Source: a virus. From it: a stretch of DNA of 64,000 bases. A program made the translations under genes and the position numbers. The stretch covers positions 37,211 to 101,210 of IMG/VR virus record IMGVR_UViG_3300043539_001475; one strand, written 5' to 3'. The notes under the pieces were generated by a model. The model was not told where the DNA came from. It ran no database searches and saw only the letters and a list, made by a program, of their open reading frames with translations. Of this stretch, positions 37,706 to 47,392 are shown piece after piece; within the stretch, counting starts at the first letter, position 1, and each line of letters begins with the position of its first letter.

Positions 37706-39997
37706 ATGATAAAATTACAAATAGTAGATGGTAGTTTACAAATATCAATAAATGGCTCTATAATATTAGTTGCCCCGAAAAACTCTTGTGCAATAGACGT
37801 TTTGACTCTATATGAATCAATACCTTATGTTTCTATTTACAATAAATATTTAGGAACGTCAACAAGTGTTTTTAATCAGCCTTTATCCAACTGCGAAGAT
37901 TCGTTAGGAACTCCTTTTGACGTAAATAGCTTTATTGCATTTGCAGAAGCAAACTTAGGTTTCGATACTTCAGGAGGTGGAGGTGGGGGCAGTCCTTTTC
38001 AATACGATGCTAACGCAACGGGTATAGAGCCAATACTAGGCACTAATAATGCTTCGGGGTCTTACGCTACTATTGGAGGGGGTCAATGTAATATTGCTTC
38101 GGGTGATGGTGCAAAAATAGGAGGTGGTTGTTGTAATACTGCTTCAGCAGAATATTCAACAGTTGGAGGTGGTCGTTTTATCATTTCTTCTGGAGAATAT
38201 TCAACAGTTGGAGGTGGTTGTTATAATACTGCTTTAGGAAATTGTTCAACAGTTGGGGGTGGTTTTTGTAATACTGCTTCTGCACAATCTTCAACAGTTG
38301 GTGGGGGTTATCGCAATACTGCTTCTTGTTATGAATCAACAATTGGTGGTGGTTGTTGTAACACTGCCTCTGCTTGTAATTCAACAGTTAGTGGAGGTTT
38401 TTGTAATACTGCTTCTGGTCTTAAAGCAGTGATTTCTGGAGGAGATTATAATACTGCTTCTGGAGATAGGTCAACAGTTGGAGGTGGGTGTGGAAATACT
38501 GCTTCGGGATATTCATCAGTAATTGGTGGTGGTGGAAGTAACAATACCGCTTCGGGTGTTCAGTCAGTAATTGGTGGGGGTGGAAATAATATTGCTTCTG
38601 ATTGTTTCGCAACAGTTGGTGGGGGTCGTCAAAATACTGCTTCGGGCGGAGAATCAACAGTTGGAGGAGGTAATTCAAATACTGCTTCTGGAATTTTATC
38701 AACAATTGGTGGAGGCATACGAAACACTGCTTCTTATTATTATTCAACAGTTGGAGGTGGATTATGCAACAATGCTTCTTGTATCGTTTCAACAATTGGA
38801 GGTGGTAAATATAATATTTCTTCTGCACAGTATTCAACAGTTGGAGGAGGTAATTCAAATACTGCTTCTGGAGATAGGTCAACAGTTGGAGGTGGGTGTG
38901 GAAATACTGCTTCGGGATATTCATCAGTAATTGGTGGTGGTAGATGTAACACTGCTAGTGGTGGATGTTCAATAATTGGCGGAGGTTGTTTAAATACTAC
39001 TTCGGGATGCCTTGCTACTATTGGAGGCGGTCAATCTAACACTGCTAGTGGTGGATGTTCAACAATTGCAGGTGGTATTTCAAACACTGCTTGTGGTATA
39101 TATTCTTTTATAGGTAGTGGTAAATCCAACCAAATATTTCCTTCTGCAAACTATTGCAGTTTTGCGCCACTGGTAAGTGATGTAATTAGCGGAGGATGTA
39201 ATAACATAATTAACACTAATACTAATATTGGCACTTATTCCGCTACTGGCGGAAATACAATTGGTGGCGGTATGAATAATACTGTAACTCCTTATAATGG
39301 ATTTGTAACAATTTCAGGTGGTCAGTCAAATACTGCTTCTGGAGCTTCTTCAACAGTTGGAGGAGGGCAAGGTAATAATCTTTCTGGAAGTGCATCAGTA
39401 ATTGGAGGCGGATATACTAATTGTGTTTCTGGAAGTTGTTCATTTCTTGGAGGAGGGCAAGGTAATAATCTTTCTGGAAGTTTTTCAGTAATTGGAGGGG
39501 GTTTCGTTAATGTTGCTTCTTATGGTTTTACAACAGTTGGAGGTGGTTATGCTAACACTTCTTCTGGCGGTAAGTCAACAGTTGGTGGAGGCGGTACTAA
39601 TATTGTTTCTGGCTATATTTCAACTATTGGAGGAGGGTGTGTTAATGTTGCTTCTGGAAATTGTGCTACAATTGGAGGTGGTAGATACAATACTGCTTCT
39701 GGTTATTGTTCAACCATTGGAGGTGGAGGTACTAATACTGCTTCGGGATGCAATTCAACAGTTGGAGGTGGTTATTTTAATACTGCTAGTGGAACTTCTT
39801 CTAGTATTTTAGGAGGTCAAGCAAATTCTACAAACGCTTGTGCTTGCGCAATGATTGTAGGTTCTAATATTACAGCAGATAGAGTTTGTGCAACATTTGT
39901 AAATAACTTATCAATTAAAAATATACCAACATCATCTGCTGGATTGCCAAGTGGTTCCGTTTGGAGAAGTGGCACTTCGCTTTGCATAGTGATTTAA
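37706..39997 (+). CDS. Gly/Ser/Cys-rich fibre protein 2
   Basis: LGF domain, repeats and same C-cap. Confidence 0.8.
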   Translation: MIKLQIVDGSLQISINGSIILVAPKNSCAIDVLTLYESIPYVSIYNKYLGTSTSVFNQPLSNCEDSLGTPFDVNSFIAFAEANLGFDTSGGGGGGSPFQYDANATGIEPILGTNNASGSYATIGGGQCNIASGDGAKIGGGCCNTASAEYSTVGGGRFIISSGEYSTVGGGCYNTALGNCSTVGGGFCNTASAQSSTVGGGYRNTASCYESTIGGGCCNTASACNSTVSGGFCNTASGLKAVISGGDYNTASGDRSTVGGGCGNTASGYSSVIGGGGSNNTASGVQSVIGGGGNNIASDCFATVGGGRQNTASGGESTVGGGNSNTASGILSTIGGGIRNTASYYYSTVGGGLCNNASCIVSTIGGGKYNISSAQYSTVGGGNSNTASGDRSTVGGGCGNTASGYSSVIGGGRCNTASGGCSIIGGGCLNTTSGCLATIGGGQSNTASGGCSTIAGGISNTACGIYSFIGSGKSNQIFPSANYCSFAPLVSDVISGGCNNIINTNTNIGTYSATGGNTIGGGMNNTVTPYNGFVTISGGQSNTASGASSTVGGGQGNNLSGSASVIGGGYTNCVSGSCSFLGGGQGNNLSGSFSVIGGGFVNVASYGFTTVGGGYANTSSGGKSTVGGGGTNIVSGYISTIGGGCVNVASGNCATIGGGRYNTASGYCSTIGGGGTNTASGCNSTVGGGYFNTASGTSSSILGGQANSTNACACAMIVGSNITADRVCATFVNNLSIKNIPTSSAGLPSGSVWRSGTSLCIVI

Positions 39998-40008
39998 AAA
40001 AAATAATA

Positions 40009-42843
40009 ATGATAAAATTACAAATAGTAGATGGTAGTTTACAAATATCAATAAATGGTTCTATAATATTAGTTGCCCCGAAAAACTCTTGTGCAATAGA
40101 CGTTTTGACTCTATATGAATCAATACCTTATGTTTCTATTTACAATAAATATTTAGGAACGTCAACAAGTGTTTTTAATCAGCCTTTATCCAACTGCGAA
40201 GATTCGTTAGGAACTCCTTTTGATGTAAATAGCTTTATTGCATTTGCAGAAGCAAATTTAGGTTTCGATACTTCTGGAGGTGGAGGAAGTAGTCCTTTTG
40301 AATATAATGCTAACGCAACGGGTATAGAGCCAATACTAGGCACTAATAATGCTTCGGGAACTTACGCTACAATTGGGGGTGGTATAAATAATACTTCCTC
40401 TGGTTGTTGTTCAACAGTTGGAGGTGGTTTTTTAAATACTGCTTCTGGTTATTGTTCAACCATTGGAGGTGGAGCTATTAATAATGCTTCGGGATGCAAT
40501 TCAACAGTTGCAGGCGGAACTTCAAACCAAGTCATTACTAATTATTCTGCAATTGGTGGTGGTAAATATAATACTATCACTTGTAGTAGCTTTTCTGTAA
40601 TTGGAGGTGGTTGTGGAAATAGCGCTCGTGGTCAATATTCTTTTATAGGTGGAGGTATTGGAAATGTTGCAAGTGCTGGTTATGGAAGTCTTGTAAGTGG
40701 TGGTTATTTTAATACTGCATCAAATGTTGCTTCGGTTGTAAGTGGTGGTTATTGCAACATTGCATCTGGAAATACATCAACAGTAAGTGGAGGATATTGT
40801 AATCAAGCAACTGGTTATTTTAGTTCAATAGGTGGTGGACATACAAATACTTCAAGTGGATGCCATTCTTTTATAGGAGCTGGAGATTTTAATATTGCAA
40901 GTGCTGATAAATCTTTTATTGGTGGAGGTTATTTAAACACGGCTTCTGGTTGTATTTCAACAATTGGTGGTGGGCGTGAAAATACTGCTTCTGCAAGTTC
41001 GTCAACAGTTGGAGCTGGTTATTGCAACATAACAAATTCAAGGTTTTCATTTATTGGAGGAGGTCAAAGAAATATAATTCAATCGCCTACAAACGAATGT
41101 TGCTCTCTTGGAGTAACAATAGGAGGTGGTATTGGTCATAATACAACTGGCGGAACTTTTAACGCTACTACTGGATATTTAAGTGGTGCAATTACTTGTT
41201 GTAATGCTGGTAGATTATCTACAATAGGTGGTGGGTATAGAAATAAAGCTTCTTGCGCTTTTTCAACAGTTGGGGGGGGGTGTTTTAATACTGCTTCTGG
41301 TAGTGCTTCAAAAATTGGGGGCGGTTGTGCAAATACTGCTTGTGGCATAAGGGCTACAATTGGTGGAGGATTTTGCAATACTGCTTGTGGACTTAGTTCA
41401 ACAGTTGGAGGAGGACAATGTAATACTGCTACTGATTATGCGACAGTTGGAGGGGGTCATTTTAATCGTGCTTGTGCTTCTTTATCAACAGTTGGAGGTG
41501 GTTGTTTAAATACTGCTTCTGGCGGTAATTCAGTTGTTGCAGGTGGACAATGCAATACTGCTTCTGGTCAATGTTCAACAGTTGGAGGTGGTTATAGAAG
41601 TCGTGCTTCTGGTGGTTGTTCAGCAGTTGTTGGGGGATATTATAATATAGCTTCTGGAAGTTGTTCATTTGCTGGAGGTGGTAGAAATAATACGGCTTCT
41701 GGTAGCCTTTCAACAGCAGGAGGAGGTTGTTGCAACATAACAAATTCAAGATTTTCAGTTATATCTGGAGGGCAAAGAAACATAATTCAATCGCCTACAA
41801 ACGAATGTTGTTCTCTTGGAGTAACAATAGGAGGTGGTATTGGTCATAATACAACTGGCGGAACTTTTAACGCTACTACTGGGGATTTAACTGGCGCAAT
41901 TACTTGTTGTAACGCTGGTAGATTATCAACTATTGGGGGTGGTTTTAGAAATAGAGTTGCTGGAAATTTTTCAACCGTTGGGGGTGGTTGTTGTAATACC
42001 GTTTCAGGATATAGTTCAACAGTTGGAGGAGGTATTGTAAATACTACTTCTGGATATTTTTCAACAGTTGGAGGAGGACAAAGTAATAGTGCTTCTGGTG
42101 CTATATCAACAATTGGAGGTGGTTTTGCAAATATTGCTTCTAATTGCTATTCAACGATTGGTGGAGGTCAAATTAATTTAGCTTCTGGTTCTTATTCAAC
42201 AGTTGGAGGAGGTCGTCAGAACACTGCTTCTAATTGCTATTCAACAGTTGGAGGTGGTCAATTAAATACTGCTTGTGGCATAAGGTCAACAGTTGGAGGT
42301 GGTCGTTCCAATATTGCTTCTGAAAGTTCTTCAACAATTGCTGGAGGTATTAGTAATACTGCTTCTGGAGGTTCATCAACAGTTGGAGGTGGAGATGCAA
42401 ATACTGCTTCTGCAACTTTTTCAACAATTGGAGGAGGTCGTTGTAATACTGCTTCTGGTGCTTATTCAACAGTTGGGGGTGGTCAAAGTAATATTGCTTC
42501 TGCAACAAGGTCAACAATTAGTGGCGGTTGTAGAAATTGTTCCTCTGCTTTATATTCAACAGTGGGAGGTGGTTTTACAAACTGTGCTTCTGGACTTAAT
42601 TCAACAGTTGGAGGAGGTCTTTGTAATACCGCTTCTGGAGATAGTTCGGGTATTTTAGCTGGTATGTCAAATTCCACAAACACTTGTGCTTGTGCTATGA
42701 TTGTAGGTTCTAATATTACGGCAGACAGAGCTTGTGCAACATTTGTAAATAACTTGTCAATAAAATCTATCCCAACATCATCAGCAGGTTTGCCTAGTGG
42801 TTCTGTGTGGAATAATAGTGGTGTATTAAATATTGTGACATAA
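40009..42843 (+). CDS. Gly/Ser/Cys-rich fibre protein 3
   Basis: ATG at 40009; first about 270 bp nearly identical to the 37706 gene. Confidence 0.8.
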   Translation: MIKLQIVDGSLQISINGSIILVAPKNSCAIDVLTLYESIPYVSIYNKYLGTSTSVFNQPLSNCEDSLGTPFDVNSFIAFAEANLGFDTSGGGGSSPFEYNANATGIEPILGTNNASGTYATIGGGINNTSSGCCSTVGGGFLNTASGYCSTIGGGAINNASGCNSTVAGGTSNQVITNYSAIGGGKYNTITCSSFSVIGGGCGNSARGQYSFIGGGIGNVASAGYGSLVSGGYFNTASNVASVVSGGYCNIASGNTSTVSGGYCNQATGYFSSIGGGHTNTSSGCHSFIGAGDFNIASADKSFIGGGYLNTASGCISTIGGGRENTASASSSTVGAGYCNITNSRFSFIGGGQRNIIQSPTNECCSLGVTIGGGIGHNTTGGTFNATTGYLSGAITCCNAGRLSTIGGGYRNKASCAFSTVGGGCFNTASGSASKIGGGCANTACGIRATIGGGFCNTACGLSSTVGGGQCNTATDYATVGGGHFNRACASLSTVGGGCLNTASGGNSVVAGGQCNTASGQCSTVGGGYRSRASGGCSAVVGGYYNIASGSCSFAGGGRNNTASGSLSTAGGGCCNITNSRFSVISGGQRNIIQSPTNECCSLGVTIGGGIGHNTTGGTFNATTGDLTGAITCCNAGRLSTIGGGFRNRVAGNFSTVGGGCCNTVSGYSSTVGGGIVNTTSGYFSTVGGGQSNSASGAISTIGGGFANIASNCYSTIGGGQINLASGSYSTVGGGRQNTASNCYSTVGGGQLNTACGIRSTVGGGRSNIASESSSTIAGGISNTASGGSSTVGGGDANTASATFSTIGGGRCNTASGAYSTVGGGQSNIASATRSTISGGCRNCSSALYSTVGGGFTNCASGLNSTVGGGLCNTASGDSSGILAGMSNSTNTCACAMIVGSNITADRACATFVNNLSIKSIPTSSAGLPSGSVWNNSGVLNIVT

Positions 42844-42879
42844 AATAAAAATAAATAAAAATAAATAAAAAAATATATA

Positions 42880-42887
42880 TATATTTG
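42880..42887 (+). promoter_or_regulatory. Bacteroidota -7 element upstream of the modification module
   Basis: TATATTTG. Confidence 0.5.
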
Positions 42888-42940
42888 TATTCTGATTGAT
42901 TTAATTAAAAATTAAAAACTAAAAACTAAAAATAAAAAAA

Positions 42941-43246
42941 ATGGAAAATTTCACAATTCACATCTTCGGTTACGGAGAAACACAAATAAATTCAAAAGAT
43001 TTATCTGTAAAAACAGCAACTGCTGACTTAACTAATGTAACTCCATTAGTAGATGCTATATGGGCTAAAAAGCCAGCAGACAGCACAATAGAGAAAAAAT
43101 TTCATGCAATCAACATATTTGGATATGATGATGTGAGATGGTTGCAAAAAGACGGATTTGATGTAAAGGAAGATGCAGATTTAAAACCTTTAATCGATGC
43201 TTTGATTGCAGAACTTCAAATTGTAAAAGACAATCTTCCTGCATAA
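42941..43246 (+). CDS. Hypothetical protein
   Basis: ORF; internal IHIFGYGE/INIFGYDD repeat. Confidence 0.7.
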   Translation: MENFTIHIFGYGETQINSKDLSVKTATADLTNVTPLVDAIWAKKPADSTIEKKFHAINIFGYDDVRWLQKDGFDVKEDADLKPLIDALIAELQIVKDNLPA

Positions 43247-43305
43247 GGAAGATGTGTCTTTAGGGCTATAAAAAAAAACCAAGAAAACTAAACAAATTAT
43301 AAAAT

Positions 43306-44124
43306 ATGGAAAAGCGTTTTTTCTTTAATTCATCATTGCCTAGAGCTGGCTCAACACTTCTTCAGTCAATAATTGGAGACAATCCTGATTTTTATGTAAC
43401 TCCTACTTCGGGGTTTTTAGAATTAATCTATGGAGCAAAGGGGAATTATAATGCTTCTCCAGAATTTAAAGCTCAAGACCCTAAACAAATGGACGATGCT
43501 TTTTTGTCTTTTTGTCGTTCGGGAATGGAGGGTTATTTCTCTAGCTTAACTAACAAGCCTTACATTTTAGATAAAAATAGAGGTTGGGGTATAAGTTATG
43601 GATTAGCGAATAAATTCTATCCAAACCCAAAAATAGTATGTATGGTTCGGGATTTACGAGCTGTATTTGCTTCTATGGAAAAAAACTTCAGAAAAAATCC
43701 AACAAAGGAAAATCACGTTCAAAATCCTAGTCAATTGGTAGGTACTACTTTGAAAAAAAGAGTAGATATATGGGCTGATGGTATGCCAGTAGGCATATCT
43801 CTAGACCGACTGAGAGATATGATTGACCAAGGAATCCACAACAATATTTTATTCATTCGATACGAGGATTTAATGGAAAATCCAGAAAACGAAATAAGAC
43901 GATTTTATGAGTTTGTAGGACTTCCTTACTACGAGCATCAATTTGTAAATATAACTCAACACACACACGAAAACGATGCTATTCATGGCATATACGGAGA
44001 CCATAAGATTAGACCAAAATTTGAAAAGCTTCCAAATGATTACGAAGATATTTTAGGTTTTGAGATTTGTCAATCAATAAAAAATTCATATCCGTGGTTT
44101 TATAGATATTTTAATTATCTTTAG
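43306..44124 (+). CDS. PAPS-dependent sulfotransferase
   Basis: SLPRAGSTLL 5'-PSB loop, VRD....S, RYEDL. Confidence 0.85.
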   Translation: MEKRFFFNSSLPRAGSTLLQSIIGDNPDFYVTPTSGFLELIYGAKGNYNASPEFKAQDPKQMDDAFLSFCRSGMEGYFSSLTNKPYILDKNRGWGISYGLANKFYPNPKIVCMVRDLRAVFASMEKNFRKNPTKENHVQNPSQLVGTTLKKRVDIWADGMPVGISLDRLRDMIDQGIHNNILFIRYEDLMENPENEIRRFYEFVGLPYYEHQFVNITQHTHENDAIHGIYGDHKIRPKFEKLPNDYEDILGFEICQSIKNSYPWFYRYFNYL

Positions 44125-44157
44125 AAATAATTTCAAGAAAACTAACAACGACAAAAG

Positions 44158-44622
44158 ATGATTTACAATATTTGTGGACAACCACATTCAGGCAAAACAA
44201 CCCTAGCCAATTATCTTAAAAAAGTATTAGAAGTAAACAACCCTAAAAAAAAGGTGTTCATTGTAGATGGTGATGTGTTACGAAAAATACTCAACAACAA
44301 GGATTATTCTGAAAAGGGAAGAATGGATAATATTCAACAAGCATATTCTATTGCCAAATACCTAAATGAAACCGATAATTTTGATGTTATTTTAGCTCTA
44401 GTATCGCCTTTCAAAGACCAAAGAGACCAATTTAGATTTGTTACCGATTGTATTGAGATATTTGTACACACAACAAACATAAGGGGGAGAGAAAATTTTC
44501 ACGTTGAAAACTATGAAAAGCCTAACTTTGACTACATAGATATTGACACAACCGATGTAGATGAACTAACATCCGTAAATGAATTAATGGAAAAAATAAC
44601 ACAACATAACAAAAAAAAATAA
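44158..44622 (+). CDS. cysC: Adenylylsulfate (APS) kinase-like protein
   Basis: G.PHSGKTTLA, DGD.LR, Y....R..NI, VSP....R, YE.P. Confidence 0.75.
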   Translation: MIYNICGQPHSGKTTLANYLKKVLEVNNPKKKVFIVDGDVLRKILNNKDYSEKGRMDNIQQAYSIAKYLNETDNFDVILALVSPFKDQRDQFRFVTDCIEIFVHTTNIRGRENFHVENYEKPNFDYIDIDTTDVDELTSVNELMEKITQHNKKK

Positions 44623-44623
44623 G

Positions 44624-45493
44624 ATGAACGTAATATTTCAAATTCAAGGTGGGCTTGGTAAAAGTGTAGCAGGAACAGCAGTTTTAAAAGCAATTAAGAA
44701 AAAATACTCAAAGGCAAATATAATAGTGGTTACAGAATATCCGCAAGTTTTTATAAACAACCCAAATGCTAATAGGGTTTTGAACTCAAATCAAACGAAT
44801 GGGCTATATAAAAGCTACATTGAAAAAAAAGACGTAAAAGTATTTTTTGCAGACCCTTATCATCAAAATGATTTCATTACCGAAAATAAACACCTTATTC
44901 AAATATGGTGTGAAATGTATGGACTTGAGTACAAAGGCGAAATGCCTGAAATATTTTTATCAAAAGGAGAAAAAGAATATTTTGCACCATTCTACAAATT
45001 AGATAAACCAATAATGGCTATCCAACCAAATGGAGGAGGCTTTGGACAGCCTTTGAAGTACAGTTGGACTAGAGATATTCCTTCTTACGTTGTAAATGAG
45101 GTTGTAAGCTATTTTAAAAATGATTATTCTATTTTACACATTAAGAGAGAAGACCAATTGATATATGAAAATACCATTGGAGCAATGGATGACTGGAGAA
45201 GTATTGCCATAATGCTAACGATGTCCGCAAAAAGATTGCTTATTGATAGTAGCTCTATGCACATAGCCACAGCCCTTAACCTACCTAGCGTAGTAACTTG
45301 GGTTGGAACTAATCCAAAAGTTTTTGGATATGGGATGCACACAAATATAGTTGCTAACGATTTTACAAAAGAAATAAACATAGAGCATAATGCTTATTCT
45401 AAAAATTTATTATTCGAAGATATTTCTACATTTCCTTATAACTCATTTGAAGAAGTTTTTAATGTTGACGAAATAATAACTAATTTAAGATAA
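44624..45493 (+). CDS. GT9-like glycosyltransferase
   Basis: GGLG, NNP, IDSS.MH.A.AL..P.V..W motifs. Confidence 0.75.
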   Translation: MNVIFQIQGGLGKSVAGTAVLKAIKKKYSKANIIVVTEYPQVFINNPNANRVLNSNQTNGLYKSYIEKKDVKVFFADPYHQNDFITENKHLIQIWCEMYGLEYKGEMPEIFLSKGEKEYFAPFYKLDKPIMAIQPNGGGFGQPLKYSWTRDIPSYVVNEVVSYFKNDYSILHIKREDQLIYENTIGAMDDWRSIAIMLTMSAKRLLIDSSSMHIATALNLPSVVTWVGTNPKVFGYGMHTNIVANDFTKEINIEHNAYSKNLLFEDISTFPYNSFEEVFNVDEIITNLR

Positions 45494-45562
45494 AATACTT
45501 AAAAAAAAATTATTAATAATATTTTTTTGTAAGTTTGTTGTTAATTATAAAAGTTTTCTTAA

Positions 45563-46111
45563 ATGGAAAAATTAACAGAATCCGAACAAAAAATAGCAGA
45601 GTTCATATACTATTACCCAGATGTTGTGGTTAAAATTCTAAATGACCATGGATATAACATCGACATGGATACTGCGACACTTCATAAAATAAACGAATTA
45701 ACTTACAAAGCGCTTATTATTGATAATAATGTTGAATTTGCATTATCTTTTGATAATGCAATGGCTAACGATGGATACTTAAATATAGCGCCATTGGTAA
45801 TAGCTGGTGTTTTTTCATTAGCGACTAGTTTGTTAGGCGGTTCTATGGCATCAAAGGAAGCTGAAAGAAACAGACAACTTCAAAAAAATATTGCATTAGC
45901 TGGTTTTGCTCAAAATGAGTTATTATCCATGGAGAAGATTAGGTCTGAATCCGAAACGGCAAGAACAAGAATATTAGTCAATAGTTTAGAATCATACCGT
46001 ACAACTCTTCAAAAAGAAGGAACCGCTAGAATAAATGATACTTGGCTTTATGTAACTGGTTTGGGTATAGGCATTGGAATTATTTATGGAATTTATTTAT
46101 TAGCTGATTAA
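45563..46111 (+). CDS. Putative virion membrane protein (helical N-domain, YLN, amphipathic helix, C-terminal TM)
   Basis: N-domain resembles 16762; TAAGTTTG promoter element at 45530-45537. Confidence 0.7.
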   Translation: MEKLTESEQKIAEFIYYYPDVVVKILNDHGYNIDMDTATLHKINELTYKALIIDNNVEFALSFDNAMANDGYLNIAPLVIAGVFSLATSLLGGSMASKEAERNRQLQKNIALAGFAQNELLSMEKIRSESETARTRILVNSLESYRTTLQKEGTARINDTWLYVTGLGIGIGIIYGIYLLAD

Positions 46112-46112
46112 T

Positions 46113-46496
46113 ATGGGAACGATACCAACAGGAGGCGCAAGTACGGCAGGAGGATTAAGTACTGGTGCGCAATTAGGAGGCGCTTTTATAAGCGCAGGAA
46201 TACAAGCTATTGTTGGAGGAGCTTTTGCAAAGGCTGATGCTAAAAAGCAAAGAGCAATGGAAGCCGAGTTAGGTAGATTGTCTTTGTCTCAACAGAAAGA
46301 TTTAGAAGAAAGATTGCAAAATATTCAAGGAGAGTTAGCGAAGCAAGAAATAATTTATAAATATTTAGCAGTTCAGAATAATGACGAAATGCTATCTAAA
46401 CAACAAGGTAGAAGATACCTTTCCTATTCTATTTTAGGAGGTGGAATATTGGCATTGGCTGTAGTAGTATTACTTATAAAAAATAAAAAAAAGTAA
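46113..46496 (+). CDS. Gly-rich amphipathic N-helix, coil, C-terminal TM protein
   Basis: ORF. Confidence 0.7.
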   Translation: MGTIPTGGASTAGGLSTGAQLGGAFISAGIQAIVGGAFAKADAKKQRAMEAELGRLSLSQQKDLEERLQNIQGELAKQEIIYKYLAVQNNDEMLSKQQGRRYLSYSILGGGILALAVVVLLIKNKKK

Positions 46497-46499
46497 AAA

Positions 46500-46904
46500 A
46501 TGGATAACGAGACAAAAACTCTATTTTTATCAATAGCAGTAGCATTAGGATTGTTATGGTTGCTAAAGCCAAAAGGAACAAATATAATAGGAAAAGAAAA
46601 ACATAAGGATGCTGACAGAAACGACAGTAATAACAGTAATAACAGTAATAACAGTAATAAAAGTAATGATAAGTATGCAGAGCCTAAAATCGCATCTGAA
46701 TCAACTAAAAAGGAAAAGGACAATGCAGTAATTGCATTACAAGCTATGAGAGAAGCTATTAAAAATAAAGAGCCAAAAAGAGAACTTGATAAACTTAATG
46801 CTATGATTTCACAAGACTATGGAGTTAAAGTTTTATTAAATAAAAAAACACTTAAATTAAGAGCTATGTCTAAACAAGGCAAAGTTCTAGCAGAAGAAAA
46901 TTAA
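46500..46904 (+). CDS. N-terminal TM protein with (SNN)n repeat
   Basis: 9-bp repeat at about 46624-46670. Confidence 0.7.
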   Translation: MDNETKTLFLSIAVALGLLWLLKPKGTNIIGKEKHKDADRNDSNNSNNSNNSNKSNDKYAEPKIASESTKKEKDNAVIALQAMREAIKNKEPKRELDKLNAMISQDYGVKVLLNKKTLKLRAMSKQGKVLAEEN

Positions 46905-46906
46905 TT

Positions 46907-47350
46907 ATGGCAGGAATATATTCACCAATAGTCACGATATTTCCTGATGGAGTGGTTACAGTAGCAAGCACAGATGATACTAGTTATAGTCAGATAACTC
47001 AATCTGCGGGTAGTTTTATTTATGCAATCGATAAAATTTATATGAGCGCAAACAGTGGCTCTCAATTAATAGAGCCTTTGGTATTTACACAGTACGATGT
47101 TAATGGAAATATTGAGAGTCGTAATCAAATTCAAACAATTGACCCATATCAATATCAGAACTCTATTTTTTTAAATTTTAATCAAAAAAATATATATTTG
47201 AACGGTAGAAATAACTTTACTTTTAATATTTTACCTAATGAAAATATTTTATTGGTTTTTTCAAGTGAAGAACTTTCTAATAAAGATTTCTTAGAACCAA
47301 CCAATTTCTTTAATGATGACTTTTTTAGTGATTATACAGAAATAGTTTAA
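46907..47350 (+). CDS. Paralog of the capsid candidate (minor capsid-like)
   Basis: TV.S....SY, Y.V/I...Y, Q..E, D.NGN and TIDPYQ.Q shared with 15484. Confidence 0.65.
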   Translation: MAGIYSPIVTIFPDGVVTVASTDDTSYSQITQSAGSFIYAIDKIYMSANSGSQLIEPLVFTQYDVNGNIESRNQIQTIDPYQYQNSIFLNFNQKNIYLNGRNNFTFNILPNENILLVFSSEELSNKDFLEPTNFFNDDFFSDYTEIV

Positions 47351-47392
47351 CTATACGATTTTCAATTTAAAAATAAAGTAAAATTAAAAAAT

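Noticed and set aside
37694-37708. Stop-codon readthrough fusing 37436 to 37706
   Set aside because: In-frame arrangement has a one-in-three chance, TAA is rarely read through, and 37706 has a normal A-rich start
33892-42683. Many overlapping ORFs within the fibre genes
   Set aside because: Shadow frames of the repetitive Gly/Ser/Asn coding sequence
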